Shown here: positions 38,302 to 46,750 of the stretch, piece by piece
Layout of the letters: every line of letters begins with the position of its first letter
How positions within the stretch are numbered: the first letter of the stretch is position 1
Assembly: GCA_038213805.1 (NCBI GenBank)
Contig: JBBQSO010000002.1
Span: 415 to 64,414 of the forward strand
Source of the DNA: Planctomycetota bacterium
GTDB lineage: Bacteria > Planctomycetota > UBA11346
Direction of reading: 5' to 3'
DNA length: 64,000 nt
Notes under the pieces: model-generated
What the model was told of the DNA's origin: nothing
The model's database searches: none
What the model saw: the letters and a program-made list of their open reading frames with translations, nothing else
Translations under genes and position numbers: made by a program

Positions 38302-39600
38302 ATGATCGCCACCGCCACCGATCTCGCGCTGGTGCGCCCGCTCGGCCTGAGCGATGAGCGCGCAGGCCAGGCCGCCGCGCTGTTCGTCCAGGCGCGCCAC
38401 CAACTCGGTGCCGAACCGGCCTGGGTGTGGTGGGTGCCCGGCCGCATCGAGGTGCTGGGCAAGCACACCGACTACGCCGGCGGCCAGGTGCTGAACTGCG
38501 CCGCGGACGTCGGCCTGCTGGTGGTCGCGCGACCGCGCAGCGACGCCGTGGTGCGCGTGCGCAGTCAGGGCCACGAGGTCGCCATCCCGTTGGTCGCCGG
38601 TGCCCAGGGCGCCCCGGGCATGGCCACCTATGTTGCCGCGGTGGCGCGGCGCTTGGCCCGCCACTTCCCAGGCGTGGAGCGCGGCGTGGACATCGGCATC
38701 GCCGCCAACCTGCCGGCGGCCTCGGGCATGAGCTCATCCTCGGCGCTGGTCATCGCCGTGCACCTCGGGGTGGCCGCGGCCAACCTCCTTGAGTCGCGCG
38801 CGGACTTCTGCGCCGCGCTGGGCCGCGACCACGAACTGGTCCCCTACCTGGGCTGCCACGAGAGCGGCGCTGGCTGCGCCGGCTTCCCAGGCGAAGCCGG
38901 GGTCGGCACCAGCGGTGGCTCGCAGGACCATGCCGCCATCCTGCTGTCGCGCGCCGGCCGGCTGAACCAGTGGTCGTTCGCGCCCTTCCACCGCCTGGGC
39001 ACGGTGGCCTGGCCCGCACATCTGGAGCTGGCCGTCGCGGTCAGCGGCGTTCTGGCCGAGAAGAGCGCCGCCGCGCGCACCGCCTTCAACGAGGTCGCCG
39101 GGCGCGCGCGCGCCGCGGCCGCCGCGTGGAATGCCGTCACGGGGCGCAGCGACGCCTCGCTGGGCGCGGCCTTCCTGGCCTGCGGCGCACCAGCGGTGCT
39201 GGCGGCGATCGCCGACCCCGACCTGCGCCAGCGCGCCGAACAGGTCGCCATCGAAACCATCGAGATCGTGCCTGGTGCCATCGCCGCGCTCGCTGCTGGC
39301 GACGCCGCGGCGTTCGGCGCGCTCGCGGCGCGCTCGCAGGCCATGGCGGTCACCCACCTGCGCAACCAGATCGCGGAAACGCGGGCCCTGGCCGATGGCG
39401 CGGCGGCGCACGGGGCGCTGGCGGCCTCCGCCTTCGGCGCCGGCTTCGGCGGTGCAGTGTGGGCCGCGTTCCCGCGCGGCAGCGACGGCGCGACCGCGTG
39501 GCTGGCCGAGTACCGCCGGCGCTTCCCGCAGCACGCCGCGGTCGCGGCGCTGCAGCGCATCGCACCCGGACCGGGCGTCACCGCCCTGGAGCCGGCATGA
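38302..39600 (+). CDS. GHMP-family sugar-1-kinase (galactokinase/GalNAc-kinase-like)
   Basis: Galactokinase signature PGRIEVLGKHTDYAGG and GHMP ATP-binding motif LPAASGMSSSSAL; 432 aa. Confidence 0.8.
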   Translation: MIATATDLALVRPLGLSDERAGQAAALFVQARHQLGAEPAWVWWVPGRIEVLGKHTDYAGGQVLNCAADVGLLVVARPRSDAVVRVRSQGHEVAIPLVAGAQGAPGMATYVAAVARRLARHFPGVERGVDIGIAANLPAASGMSSSSALVIAVHLGVAAANLLESRADFCAALGRDHELVPYLGCHESGAGCAGFPGEAGVGTSGGSQDHAAILLSRAGRLNQWSFAPFHRLGTVAWPAHLELAVAVSGVLAEKSAAARTAFNEVAGRARAAAAAWNAVTGRSDASLGAAFLACGAPAVLAAIADPDLRQRAEQVAIETIEIVPGAIAALAAGDAAAFGALAARSQAMAVTHLRNQIAETRALADGAAAHGALAASAFGAGFGGAVWAAFPRGSDGATAWLAEYRRRFPQHAAVAALQRIAPGPGVTALEPA

Positions 39601-40241
39601 GTGGCCGTGGCGCGCCCACACTCGACCTGCCGCTGCGGCGCCGGCCCGGCCCGCGCGGCGCCACGCGGGTGCGCCTGCGTGCGCTGCCCGGCGCGCGCGC
39701 CGCCCCGGAGACCAGCGTGGCGCTGCAGGCCGATGCTGCAGGGCTGACGCTGCGCTTCGCCTGCCGCGCGCGGGTGCTCACCGCGCGCATGGTCAATGAC
39801 GGCGATCCGCTCTATCTTGAGGACGTCGTCGAGGTCTTCCTGTGGCCGGGCGGCGATCCCGCAGTGTATTTGGAATATGAGGTCTCACCGCTCGGTCGCG
39901 ACCTGTGCCTGTTGTGCTGCCAGCAGGGCGGACGGCGCAGCGCCTGGCGGCCGTGGGGCGTGGCGGCGGCGGCCAAGCCGAGCTGCCAGGTCACCGTCCG
40001 CGGCGGCGCGCAGCACCACGGCGCGGCGGTGCGCGGCTGGGACGCCGAATTGCGCATCCCCTTCGCCGCGCTCGCCGGCATCGCGCCAACGCCGGTGCCC
40101 GGCACGCGCTGGCGCGCCAACTTCTACCGCATCGACCATGCCAGCGGTGGCCCGCGCCACCTCGCGTGGTCGCCGCCGCCACATCCCGACTTCCATCATC
40201 TCGACTCCTTCGCTACCATCGTCTTTACGGAGCAGCCATGA
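39597..40241 (+). CDS. Carbohydrate-binding family-9-like (CBM9/DOMON-like) domain protein
   Basis: 214 aa with motifs LYLEDVVEVFLWP...YLEYEVSPLG...WDAELRIPFAAL...WRANFYRID. Its ATG overlaps the kinase stop (ATGA at 39597-39600). Domain assignment is tentative. Confidence 0.5.
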   Translation: MSGRGAPTLDLPLRRRPGPRGATRVRLRALPGARAAPETSVALQADAAGLTLRFACRARVLTARMVNDGDPLYLEDVVEVFLWPGGDPAVYLEYEVSPLGRDLCLLCCQQGGRRSAWRPWGVAAAAKPSCQVTVRGGAQHHGAAVRGWDAELRIPFAALAGIAPTPVPGTRWRANFYRIDHASGGPRHLAWSPPPHPDFHHLDSFATIVFTEQP

Positions 40242-41875
40242 TCCTGCGCCTCCTGCTCTTCACTTGCGCCGCCATGACCAGCTCCGTTGCCACCAGCGCG
40301 GAAGCTCCCGGTCTCATCCCGCGCCCGGTGCACCTGACGCCCGGTGACGGCCCCACCATGCCGCTCACCGCGACCACCGCGCTGCACGCGGCTGGCGCGG
40401 CAGCCGCGGTCGCGACCTGGCTGCGCGACGAACTGGCGCGCAGCGGTGCCGCCATCGCCGCACCGGACGCCGGCGACGGCCAGGACGGCATCACCCTGCG
40501 CCTCGATCCCGGCTTGGCCGCGGTGGGACCGGATTGGGCCCAGGCGGAGACCTACCGACTGACCATCGACGCCGGACACGCCACGCTGACCGCGCGCGCG
40601 CCGGAAGGCCTGTTCCGCGGCGCAACCACGCTGGTCCAGCTCGCAGAGCAGACCGGCGCCGGCTGGCGCCTGCCGGCGCTCGCCATCGACGACCAGCCGC
40701 GCTTCCGCTGGCGCGGGCTGATGCTCGACTGTGGCCGGCACTTCTTCACCGTGGCCGAGGTCGAGCGCTTCATCGACCTGCTCGCGCTGCACAAGCTCAA
40801 CCGCTTCCATTGGCACCTCACCGAGGACCAGGGCTGGCGCATCGAGGTGAAGTCCGCGCCGCGCCTGACCAGCGTCGGCGCGTGGCGCGCATCGTCACCG
40901 GTGATGGGCGACGCGGGCAAGGCCGACGGCCAGCCCTACGGCGGCTTCTACACCCAGGACGACATCCGCCACGTGGTCGCGCACGCCGCCGCGCGCTTCG
41001 TCACGGTGGTGCCCGAGCTGGAGATGCCCGGCCACGGCTGCGCCGCCATCGCCGCCTACCCCGAGCTGGGCAACCGCGACGTCCCCGGCTGGCAGGATCC
41101 GCAGGTCGGCACGCACTGGGGCGTGTTCCACCACACCTTGGCTCCGCGCGAGGAGACCTTCGCCTTCATCGCCAAGGTCTTCGATGAGATCCTGCCGCTG
41201 TTCCCCGGCGCCTACGTGCACATCGGCGGCGACGAGGCGCCCAAGGACGAGTGGCAGCACTCGCCCTTCGCCCAACAGGTCATCGCCGAACACGACCTGA
41301 AGGACGCGCACGGCCTGCAGGCGTGGTTCATCAAGCGTGTCGAGGGCCTGCTCACCGCGCGCGGCAAGCGCCTGATCGGCTGGGATGAGATCCAGGAGGG
41401 CGGCCTGTCCCCGACCGCGACCATGATGGTGTGGCGCGACTGGAAGTGGGCGAAGCTCGCGCTGGCGGCCGGCAACGCGGTGGTGATGGCGCCGACCAGC
41501 CACACCTACTTCGACTACGCCCAGAGCGGCACGCCGCGCGCGCTGGACACCCAGCGCGTCTTCACCCTCGAACCGGTCCCCGACGGCACTCCCGCGACTC
41601 AGGTCGCGCAGGTGCTCGGCGCGCAGGGCCAGGTGTGGACCGAATCCATCGGATCGGCGGACAAGGTCGAGTACATGACGTGGCCGCGCGCCTGCGCCCT
41701 CGCCGAAGTCTGCTGGTCGCCGGCGGAGGGGCGCGATTGGACGGACTTCCAGGCGCGCCTGACGCGGCATCTGGCGCTCCTCGACCGTGATCAGGTCAAC
41801 TACCGCAAGGACGATGGCGCGCCGGCGCGCTCCAGCGAGGCGATGGCGGCCACCCCGCATCCGCCGCTGCCATGA
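40238..41875 (+). CDS. Beta-N-acetylhexosaminidase, glycoside hydrolase family 20
   Basis: Signal peptide MILRLLLFTCAAMTSSVATSA; GH20 catalytic motifs HWHLTEDQGWRIE and HIGGDEA. Its ATG overlaps the upstream stop (ATGA), with GGAG 6 nt upstream. Confidence 0.9.
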   Translation: MILRLLLFTCAAMTSSVATSAEAPGLIPRPVHLTPGDGPTMPLTATTALHAAGAAAAVATWLRDELARSGAAIAAPDAGDGQDGITLRLDPGLAAVGPDWAQAETYRLTIDAGHATLTARAPEGLFRGATTLVQLAEQTGAGWRLPALAIDDQPRFRWRGLMLDCGRHFFTVAEVERFIDLLALHKLNRFHWHLTEDQGWRIEVKSAPRLTSVGAWRASSPVMGDAGKADGQPYGGFYTQDDIRHVVAHAAARFVTVVPELEMPGHGCAAIAAYPELGNRDVPGWQDPQVGTHWGVFHHTLAPREETFAFIAKVFDEILPLFPGAYVHIGGDEAPKDEWQHSPFAQQVIAEHDLKDAHGLQAWFIKRVEGLLTARGKRLIGWDEIQEGGLSPTATMMVWRDWKWAKLALAAGNAVVMAPTSHTYFDYAQSGTPRALDTQRVFTLEPVPDGTPATQVAQVLGAQGQVWTESIGSADKVEYMTWPRACALAEVCWSPAEGRDWTDFQARLTRHLALLDRDQVNYRKDDGAPARSSEAMAATPHPPLP

Positions 41876-43488
41876 CGCCCGCCCGCTACCGCGTCCTGCT
41901 TTTGACCATGGCTGGCCTGGGCGGCGCGCTCTACGGCTACGACCTCGGCATCATCGGTGCCGCGCTGCTCTATCTCGACCGCAGCATCGCGCTCAGCGAC
42001 CAGCAGACCTCGCTGATCGTCGCGGCGGTGCTCGCCGGGGGCACGGTGTCGTCGGTGGCCGCCGGCGTCCTCGCCGACCTGTTCGGGCGGCGCACCATCG
42101 CCGTGCTCAGCGCGCTGCTGTTCCTGGTCAGCGTCGCGCTGATCAGCACCGCCAGCGGCTTCCTGCCGCTGCTCGGTGGCCGCCTGCTGCAGGGGCTGTC
42201 CGCCGGCATGATCGCGGTGGTCATCCCGCTCTACCTCGCCGAGTGCCTGCCGGCCGCGGTGCGCGGGCGCGGCACCGCCGCCTTCCAGCTCGCCCTGACC
42301 GTCGGCATCATGGCGGCGATGGCGGTCGGCCACGGCTTCGCCACGCACGTCGCCGCGGTCGAGCGCCTCGGCGACGCCGCGGCGCTGGCCGCGACGCGCG
42401 ATCACGCCTGGCGGCTGATGTTCGCCACCGCGGCGCTGCCCGGTCTGCTGTTCCTGGCCGGCGCGATGCTCATCGCCGAGTCGCCGCGCTGGCTGCAGCG
42501 CCGCGGGCGCGGCGCTGCAGCGCGCGCCGCGCTCGCACGCGCCCTGCCAAGCGACGAAGCCGACGCCGAATTCGCGCGCATGGCCGCGGATGCGCCCTCG
42601 GCAGCCGCGCCGCAGGGCACGCTGTGGCAGCGCCGCTACCTGCTGCCCTTCGCACTGGCCTGCGCCATCCTCGCGCTCAACCAGGCGACCGGCATCAACT
42701 CGCTGCTGCAGTACGTGGTGGTGATCATGACCCAGGCCGGTCTGGGCGAGGCCGACGCCGCCGGCGCCGGCCTGGCGGTGAGCGTGGTCAATGTGCTGTT
42801 CACGGTGGTCGCGCTGGTGCTGGTCGATCGCAAGGGCCGCACCTTCCTGCTCAAGCTCGGCACCGCCGGCATCGTCGTCGCGCTGCTGCTGTGCGCCTTC
42901 GTCTTCAACCGCTTCGAATCCGCGGCCACCGACGTGACTGAACGCGTGCGCGCCCAGGTCGGCGTGACCGGCCTGCGTCTGCCCGTCGCGGCGGTGGACG
43001 GCGTGGCGACGCGCCTGACCGTGGTCTACGACGCCGGCGGCGGCGCCCGGCTGGCCAGCGTCGGTTCGGACGCAGCCGATCCGGTGCTGGTGCTGGCGGC
43101 GCCCAAGGACGCCGCGCTGACCATCATCCGCGCGCGCAGCGGCCCACAGCCCGGGACCGCGACCGGCTGGACGGCGATGGGCTGCCTGATGCTGTTCGTC
43201 GCCGCCTTCGCGGTCGGCCCCGGCGTCTGCGTGTGGCTGGCGCTCTCGGAGCTGATGCCCAACCGCATCCGCGCAACCGGCATGGGCATCGCGCTGCTGC
43301 TCAACCAGGGCGTCGCCACCGGTATCGCCGCAGTGTTCCTGCCGGTCGTCGGCGCCTATGGCTACGCCGCGATGTTCCTGGCCTGGGCCGCCGCCACGGT
43401 GGTCTACTTCCTGCTCGCCGCCTTCGTCCTGCCCGAGACCAAGGGCCGCCCGCTTGAGGACATCGAGCGCGGCTTCGCCAAGCACTGA
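41872..43488 (+). CDS. MFS sugar-porter-family transporter with an unusually long central loop insertion
   Basis: Twelve-helix MFS pattern (GRR motifs, PLYLAEC); about 538 aa, with a soluble-looking insert of roughly 80 aa between the two six-helix halves. Its ATG overlaps the GH20 stop (ATGA). Confidence 0.8.
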   Translation: MTPARYRVLLLTMAGLGGALYGYDLGIIGAALLYLDRSIALSDQQTSLIVAAVLAGGTVSSVAAGVLADLFGRRTIAVLSALLFLVSVALISTASGFLPLLGGRLLQGLSAGMIAVVIPLYLAECLPAAVRGRGTAAFQLALTVGIMAAMAVGHGFATHVAAVERLGDAAALAATRDHAWRLMFATAALPGLLFLAGAMLIAESPRWLQRRGRGAAARAALARALPSDEADAEFARMAADAPSAAAPQGTLWQRRYLLPFALACAILALNQATGINSLLQYVVVIMTQAGLGEADAAGAGLAVSVVNVLFTVVALVLVDRKGRTFLLKLGTAGIVVALLLCAFVFNRFESAATDVTERVRAQVGVTGLRLPVAAVDGVATRLTVVYDAGGGARLASVGSDAADPVLVLAAPKDAALTIIRARSGPQPGTATGWTAMGCLMLFVAAFAVGPGVCVWLALSELMPNRIRATGMGIALLLNQGVATGIAAVFLPVVGAYGYAAMFLAWAAATVVYFLLAAFVLPETKGRPLEDIERGFAKH

Positions 43489-43509
43489 CCAGCCCCCGGA
43501 GACCGATCC

Positions 43510-44967
43510 ATGCAACCCACCCGCCGCGACCTGCTCAAGACCTCGACCCTCGCCGGGCTCGGCGCGTCCATCATGGCGGCGACCGGCTGCGGCACGGCCG
43601 GGGCCGGAGTGCGCGCCCCCGCCGACACCGCGACCACGACCGCGGGCGGCATCGTGCTGCCGGCGGGGCTGGGTGCGACGCGGCCGCGGCCCGCAGGGCA
43701 GCAGCCGGTGCACGCGCTGACCACCAAGCCGCTCGACAAGGTGCGCATCGCCGCGATCGGCTGCGGCGGCCGCGGCTCAAGCCTGATGCAGGACTGCCTG
43801 GGCATCGAGTTCGCCGAACTGGTCGCGGTCTGCGATCTGCGCCTGGAGCGCGCCACGGCCATGGCCGAGCGCGTCGCCAAGGCCGGGCGCCCGAAACCCG
43901 CGGTGATCGGCGGCAGCGAGGACGCCTGGGAGGCGCTGTGCGCGCGCGACGACATCGACGTCATCTACATCGCCACGCCATGGCACTGGCACGCGCCGAT
44001 GGCCCTGCGCGCCATGGAGCATGGCAAGCACGCCTTCGTCGAGGTCGCAGCGACGGTCACCGTCGCGGACTGCTGGCGCCTGGTCGACGCCAGCGAGCGC
44101 AACCAGCGCCACTGCGTGATGCTTGAAAACTGCTGCTATGGCGAGAACGAGTTGTTCGTGCTCAACCTGGTGCGCCAGGGCGTGCTTGGCGAGCTCAATC
44201 ACGCCGAGTGCGGCTACATCCACGATCTGCGCGGACTGCTCTTCGACCTCGGCGGCGAAGGCGGCTGGCGACGCGAGTTCCACCGCGAATACGACGGCAA
44301 CCTCTACCCGACCCACGGCCTGGGGCCGGTGGCGCAGTACCTGGGCATCAACCGCGGCGACCGCTTCGCGCACCTGGTCTCGATGTCCTCGCCGCAGCGC
44401 GGCCTGGGCGCGTGGCGCGCTGCCCACCACCCCAACGGTGGTCAGCAGGACGGCGAGACCTACGTGTGCGGCGACATGAACACCACGATGGTCAAGACCG
44501 CGCTCGGCCGCACCATCATGGTGCAGCACGACGTGATCAGCCCGCGGCCCTACAGCCGCATCAACGCCTTGTCGGGCACCGGCGGGACCTTCTTCGACTA
44601 CCCGGCGCGCCTGGCCCTCAATGATCCCAAGGCGCACGGGCTGGCATCCGAAGGCTCGCACGCCTGGCTGTCCGACCAGGACCTGGCGACGATGCGCGCG
44701 AAATACACCCACCCGCTGTGGCGCCGGCTGCAGGACCGTGCGAAAGACAGTGGCCACGGCGGCATGGACTTCGTGATGAACTGGCGCCACCTCGACTGCA
44801 TCCGCAGCGGCCAGACCCCCGACAGCGTGGTCTACGATGCAGCAGCGTGGAGCAGCCTGATCGAATTGACATCGTGGTCGGTGGCGAACGGCAGCATGCC
44901 CATCACGGTCCCCGATTTCACACGCGGGCTGTGGCAGGGGCTGCAGCCGTTGGGGATCGTGGTGTGA
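43510..44967 (+). CDS. Tat-secreted Gfo/Idh/MocA-family NAD-dependent enzyme, GH109-like (putative alpha-N-acetylgalactosaminidase/glycosidase)
   Basis: Twin-arginine signal (TRRDLLKTSTLAGLGASIMAATGCG); Rossmann motif IAAIGCGGRG; Gfo/Idh/MocA core (YIATPWHWHAPMALRAMEHGKHAFVEV...MLENCCYG). Its position next to GH20 and the sugar kinase supports a glycosidase role. The GH109 assignment is inferred. Confidence 0.6.
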   Translation: MQPTRRDLLKTSTLAGLGASIMAATGCGTAGAGVRAPADTATTTAGGIVLPAGLGATRPRPAGQQPVHALTTKPLDKVRIAAIGCGGRGSSLMQDCLGIEFAELVAVCDLRLERATAMAERVAKAGRPKPAVIGGSEDAWEALCARDDIDVIYIATPWHWHAPMALRAMEHGKHAFVEVAATVTVADCWRLVDASERNQRHCVMLENCCYGENELFVLNLVRQGVLGELNHAECGYIHDLRGLLFDLGGEGGWRREFHREYDGNLYPTHGLGPVAQYLGINRGDRFAHLVSMSSPQRGLGAWRAAHHPNGGQQDGETYVCGDMNTTMVKTALGRTIMVQHDVISPRPYSRINALSGTGGTFFDYPARLALNDPKAHGLASEGSHAWLSDQDLATMRAKYTHPLWRRLQDRAKDSGHGGMDFVMNWRHLDCIRSGQTPDSVVYDAAAWSSLIELTSWSVANGSMPITVPDFTRGLWQGLQPLGIVV

Positions 44968-44978
44968 GGGAAATGCGT

Positions 44979-45055
44979 GGCTGATGGCTGATGGCTGATG
45001 GCTGATGGCTGATGGCTGATGGCTGATGGCTGATGGCTGATGGCTGACAGCCAAC
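44979..45055. repeat. Heptanucleotide microsatellite (GGCTGAT)x10 followed by a degenerate unit GGCTGAC
   Basis: Perfect tandem copies read directly from 44979-45048, intergenic between the convergent GH109-like gene and a receiver gene. Confidence 0.9.
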
Positions 45056-45170
45056 CGAACGCTGCGGTCACCGTTGGCACGGCGGCAGAAAACAGTGCAC
45101 GAGCACTGCGTGCGCAGGCTTGATGTGACACCTGGGCGCGTGGTCGACGACGTCGGACGTCGGACCGCTC

Positions 45171-45569
45171 TCAGGCGACGGGATTGGCTTCGCTGACCGA
45201 CTGCGCCTTCTTGATCAGCACCGAGATCGCGGTGAGGATCTGGTCCTTCGAGTACGGCTTGGCCAGGTAGTCGCTGCAGCCGACGGCGCGGCACTTCTCG
45301 TCTTCGCCCTTCATGGCGTTGGCGGTCAGCGCGATCACCGGCAGGCCCTTGAGTTTGGGATTGGCGCGGATCGCCTTGGTGGCGTCGTAGCCGTTCATCA
45401 CCGGCATCATCATGTCCATGAGCACCAGCTTGAAGTGCGCGCGGTCGAGGCGTTCCAGAGCGATGGCGCCGTTGTCCGCGACCTCATAGGTATAGCCGGC
45501 CCGTTGCAGCAGAAACGCGATCAGTTTCTGGTTCACCGGATTGTCTTCGACGATGAGGATATCGGGCAT
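45171..45569 (-). CDS. Stand-alone response regulator receiver
   Basis: MPDILIVEDNPVNQ..., phospho-acceptor LVLMDMMMP, ALTANA, LAKP. GGAG lies 7 nt upstream of the ATG (rc 45567-45569). Confidence 0.8.
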   Translation of the reverse strand: MPDILIVEDNPVNQKLIAFLLQRAGYTYEVADNGAIALERLDRAHFKLVLMDMMMPVMNGYDATKAIRANPKLKGLPVIALTANAMKGEDEKCRAVGCSDYLAKPYSKDQILTAISVLIKKAQSVSEANPVA

Positions 45570-45661
45570 GTGGCCCACTCCGGAGGATGGTCCTGGAAGC
45601 ATACCAGGAAACGGCTTGCGAAGCAATGTCACGATCATGGCCCGGTCCGGCCACGCAACGC

Positions 45662-46750
45662 CTAACCACCAAGGGAGGGCCCGGGCGCGAAGGGCGCAAG
45701 CCCATGGCTGCTTTGCCGGCCGGTGATCAGACCAGTCACGATTTCCGCGGTAACCGGCGTCAGCAGCACACCGTTACGGAAATGTCCGGTGGCCAGGACC
45801 AGGCCCGGCCGGACGCGGCCAAGGGCGGGCAGCCCACTGGCCAGGCGCGGGCGCAGACCGGTCCACCGCTCGAGAATCGCGGCCCCGGCCAACGCAGGCA
45901 GCAGGCGTCGGGCCCCCGCCGCCAGGGCCTCAATCGCCGCCGGGTCATCGCGGCGGTCGAAGCCGGCGCTGACCATGGTCGCCCCCACCACCACGCCCTG
46001 GCCACGGCGCGGCACCAGGTAGGCGTGATGGCTGTGCACGAAGTGGCGCAGCAGGTCATCCGGGGCCTCCAGGCGCAGCATCTGGCCTTTCACCGGTTCA
46101 CCCGGCAGGTCGAGTCCGGTCAGGCGCGCCAGTTCCGGAGTCCACGCGCCGCTGGCCAGTACCAGCTCATCCGCCGCCAGCCGGGTGCCGTCGCCAATCA
46201 CCACCCGGCCCGGCTCCAGCCCGGCCACCGCGCAGCCGTAGCGCACCGCCACCCCGGCCGCGGCGCAGGCCCGCACCAGGGCGGCAGTGACCAGCCGCGG
46301 ATTGACCTGGGCGGCGGGCAGCAGCAGCGCGGCGTCCGCGGCCAAGGCCGGCTCGCAGCTGGCCAGGGCGGCCCGGTCGAGCCACCCGACCGCGACGCCC
46401 TGGTCCGCAAGGAACGCTGCGCGCGCCTCTGCCGCGGCCACGTCGGCCGGCCCGCACAGCGGCAGCAGCCCGCCATCAGCGCGGAAATCGAGCGCCGCCG
46501 GATCACCCTCCGTCAGTGCGCGCGCGAAGCCATCCCACAGCGCCAAGCTGCCCACGCCCAGGCGCCACAACGGTCCGGCGGCGTCGGCCTCGTGGTGCGG
46601 CGCGAGCATGCCGGCGGCCGCCCAGCTCGCCTCGCGCGCCTCAGGCGCGGCGTCCAGCACCTGTACCGCGCAGCCCGCCTGCGCCAGCCGCCACGCGCAG
46701 GCCAGTCCGATGACGCCGCCACCGACGATGATGACGCGCGCGCCGCTCAC
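45662..46750 (-). CDS. FAD-dependent oxidoreductase of the glycine oxidase ThiO / D-amino-acid oxidase family
   Basis: N-terminal FAD motif VIIVGGGVIGLACAWRLAQAG; DAO fold length of about 362 aa. GTG start overlaps the MlaE stop (GTGA at 46747-46750). The upstream part of the track ORF is an alternate frame of MlaE. Confidence 0.7.
   Translation of the reverse strand: MSGARVIIVGGGVIGLACAWRLAQAGCAVQVLDAAPEAREASWAAAGMLAPHHEADAAGPLWRLGVGSLALWDGFARALTEGDPAALDFRADGGLLPLCGPADVAAAEARAAFLADQGVAVGWLDRAALASCEPALAADAALLLPAAQVNPRLVTAALVRACAAAGVAVRYGCAVAGLEPGRVVIGDGTRLAADELVLASGAWTPELARLTGLDLPGEPVKGQMLRLEAPDDLLRHFVHSHHAYLVPRRGQGVVVGATMVSAGFDRRDDPAAIEALAAGARRLLPALAGAAILERWTGLRPRLASGLPALGRVRPGLVLATGHFRNGVLLTPVTAEIVTGLITGRQSSHGLAPFAPGPSLGG

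Noticed and set aside
37571-39621. Minus-strand ORFs 37571-38737 and 38734-39621 overlapping the AraC and GHMP kinase genes
   Set aside because: High-GC antisense artefacts; the kinase and AraC frames carry diagnostic motifs.
43777-45294. 505-aa minus-strand ORF spanning the GH109-like gene 3' region and the heptamer array (translating the repeat as SAISHQP repeats)
   Set aside because: Antisense to a supported gene; crosses an intergenic microsatellite; composition atypical.
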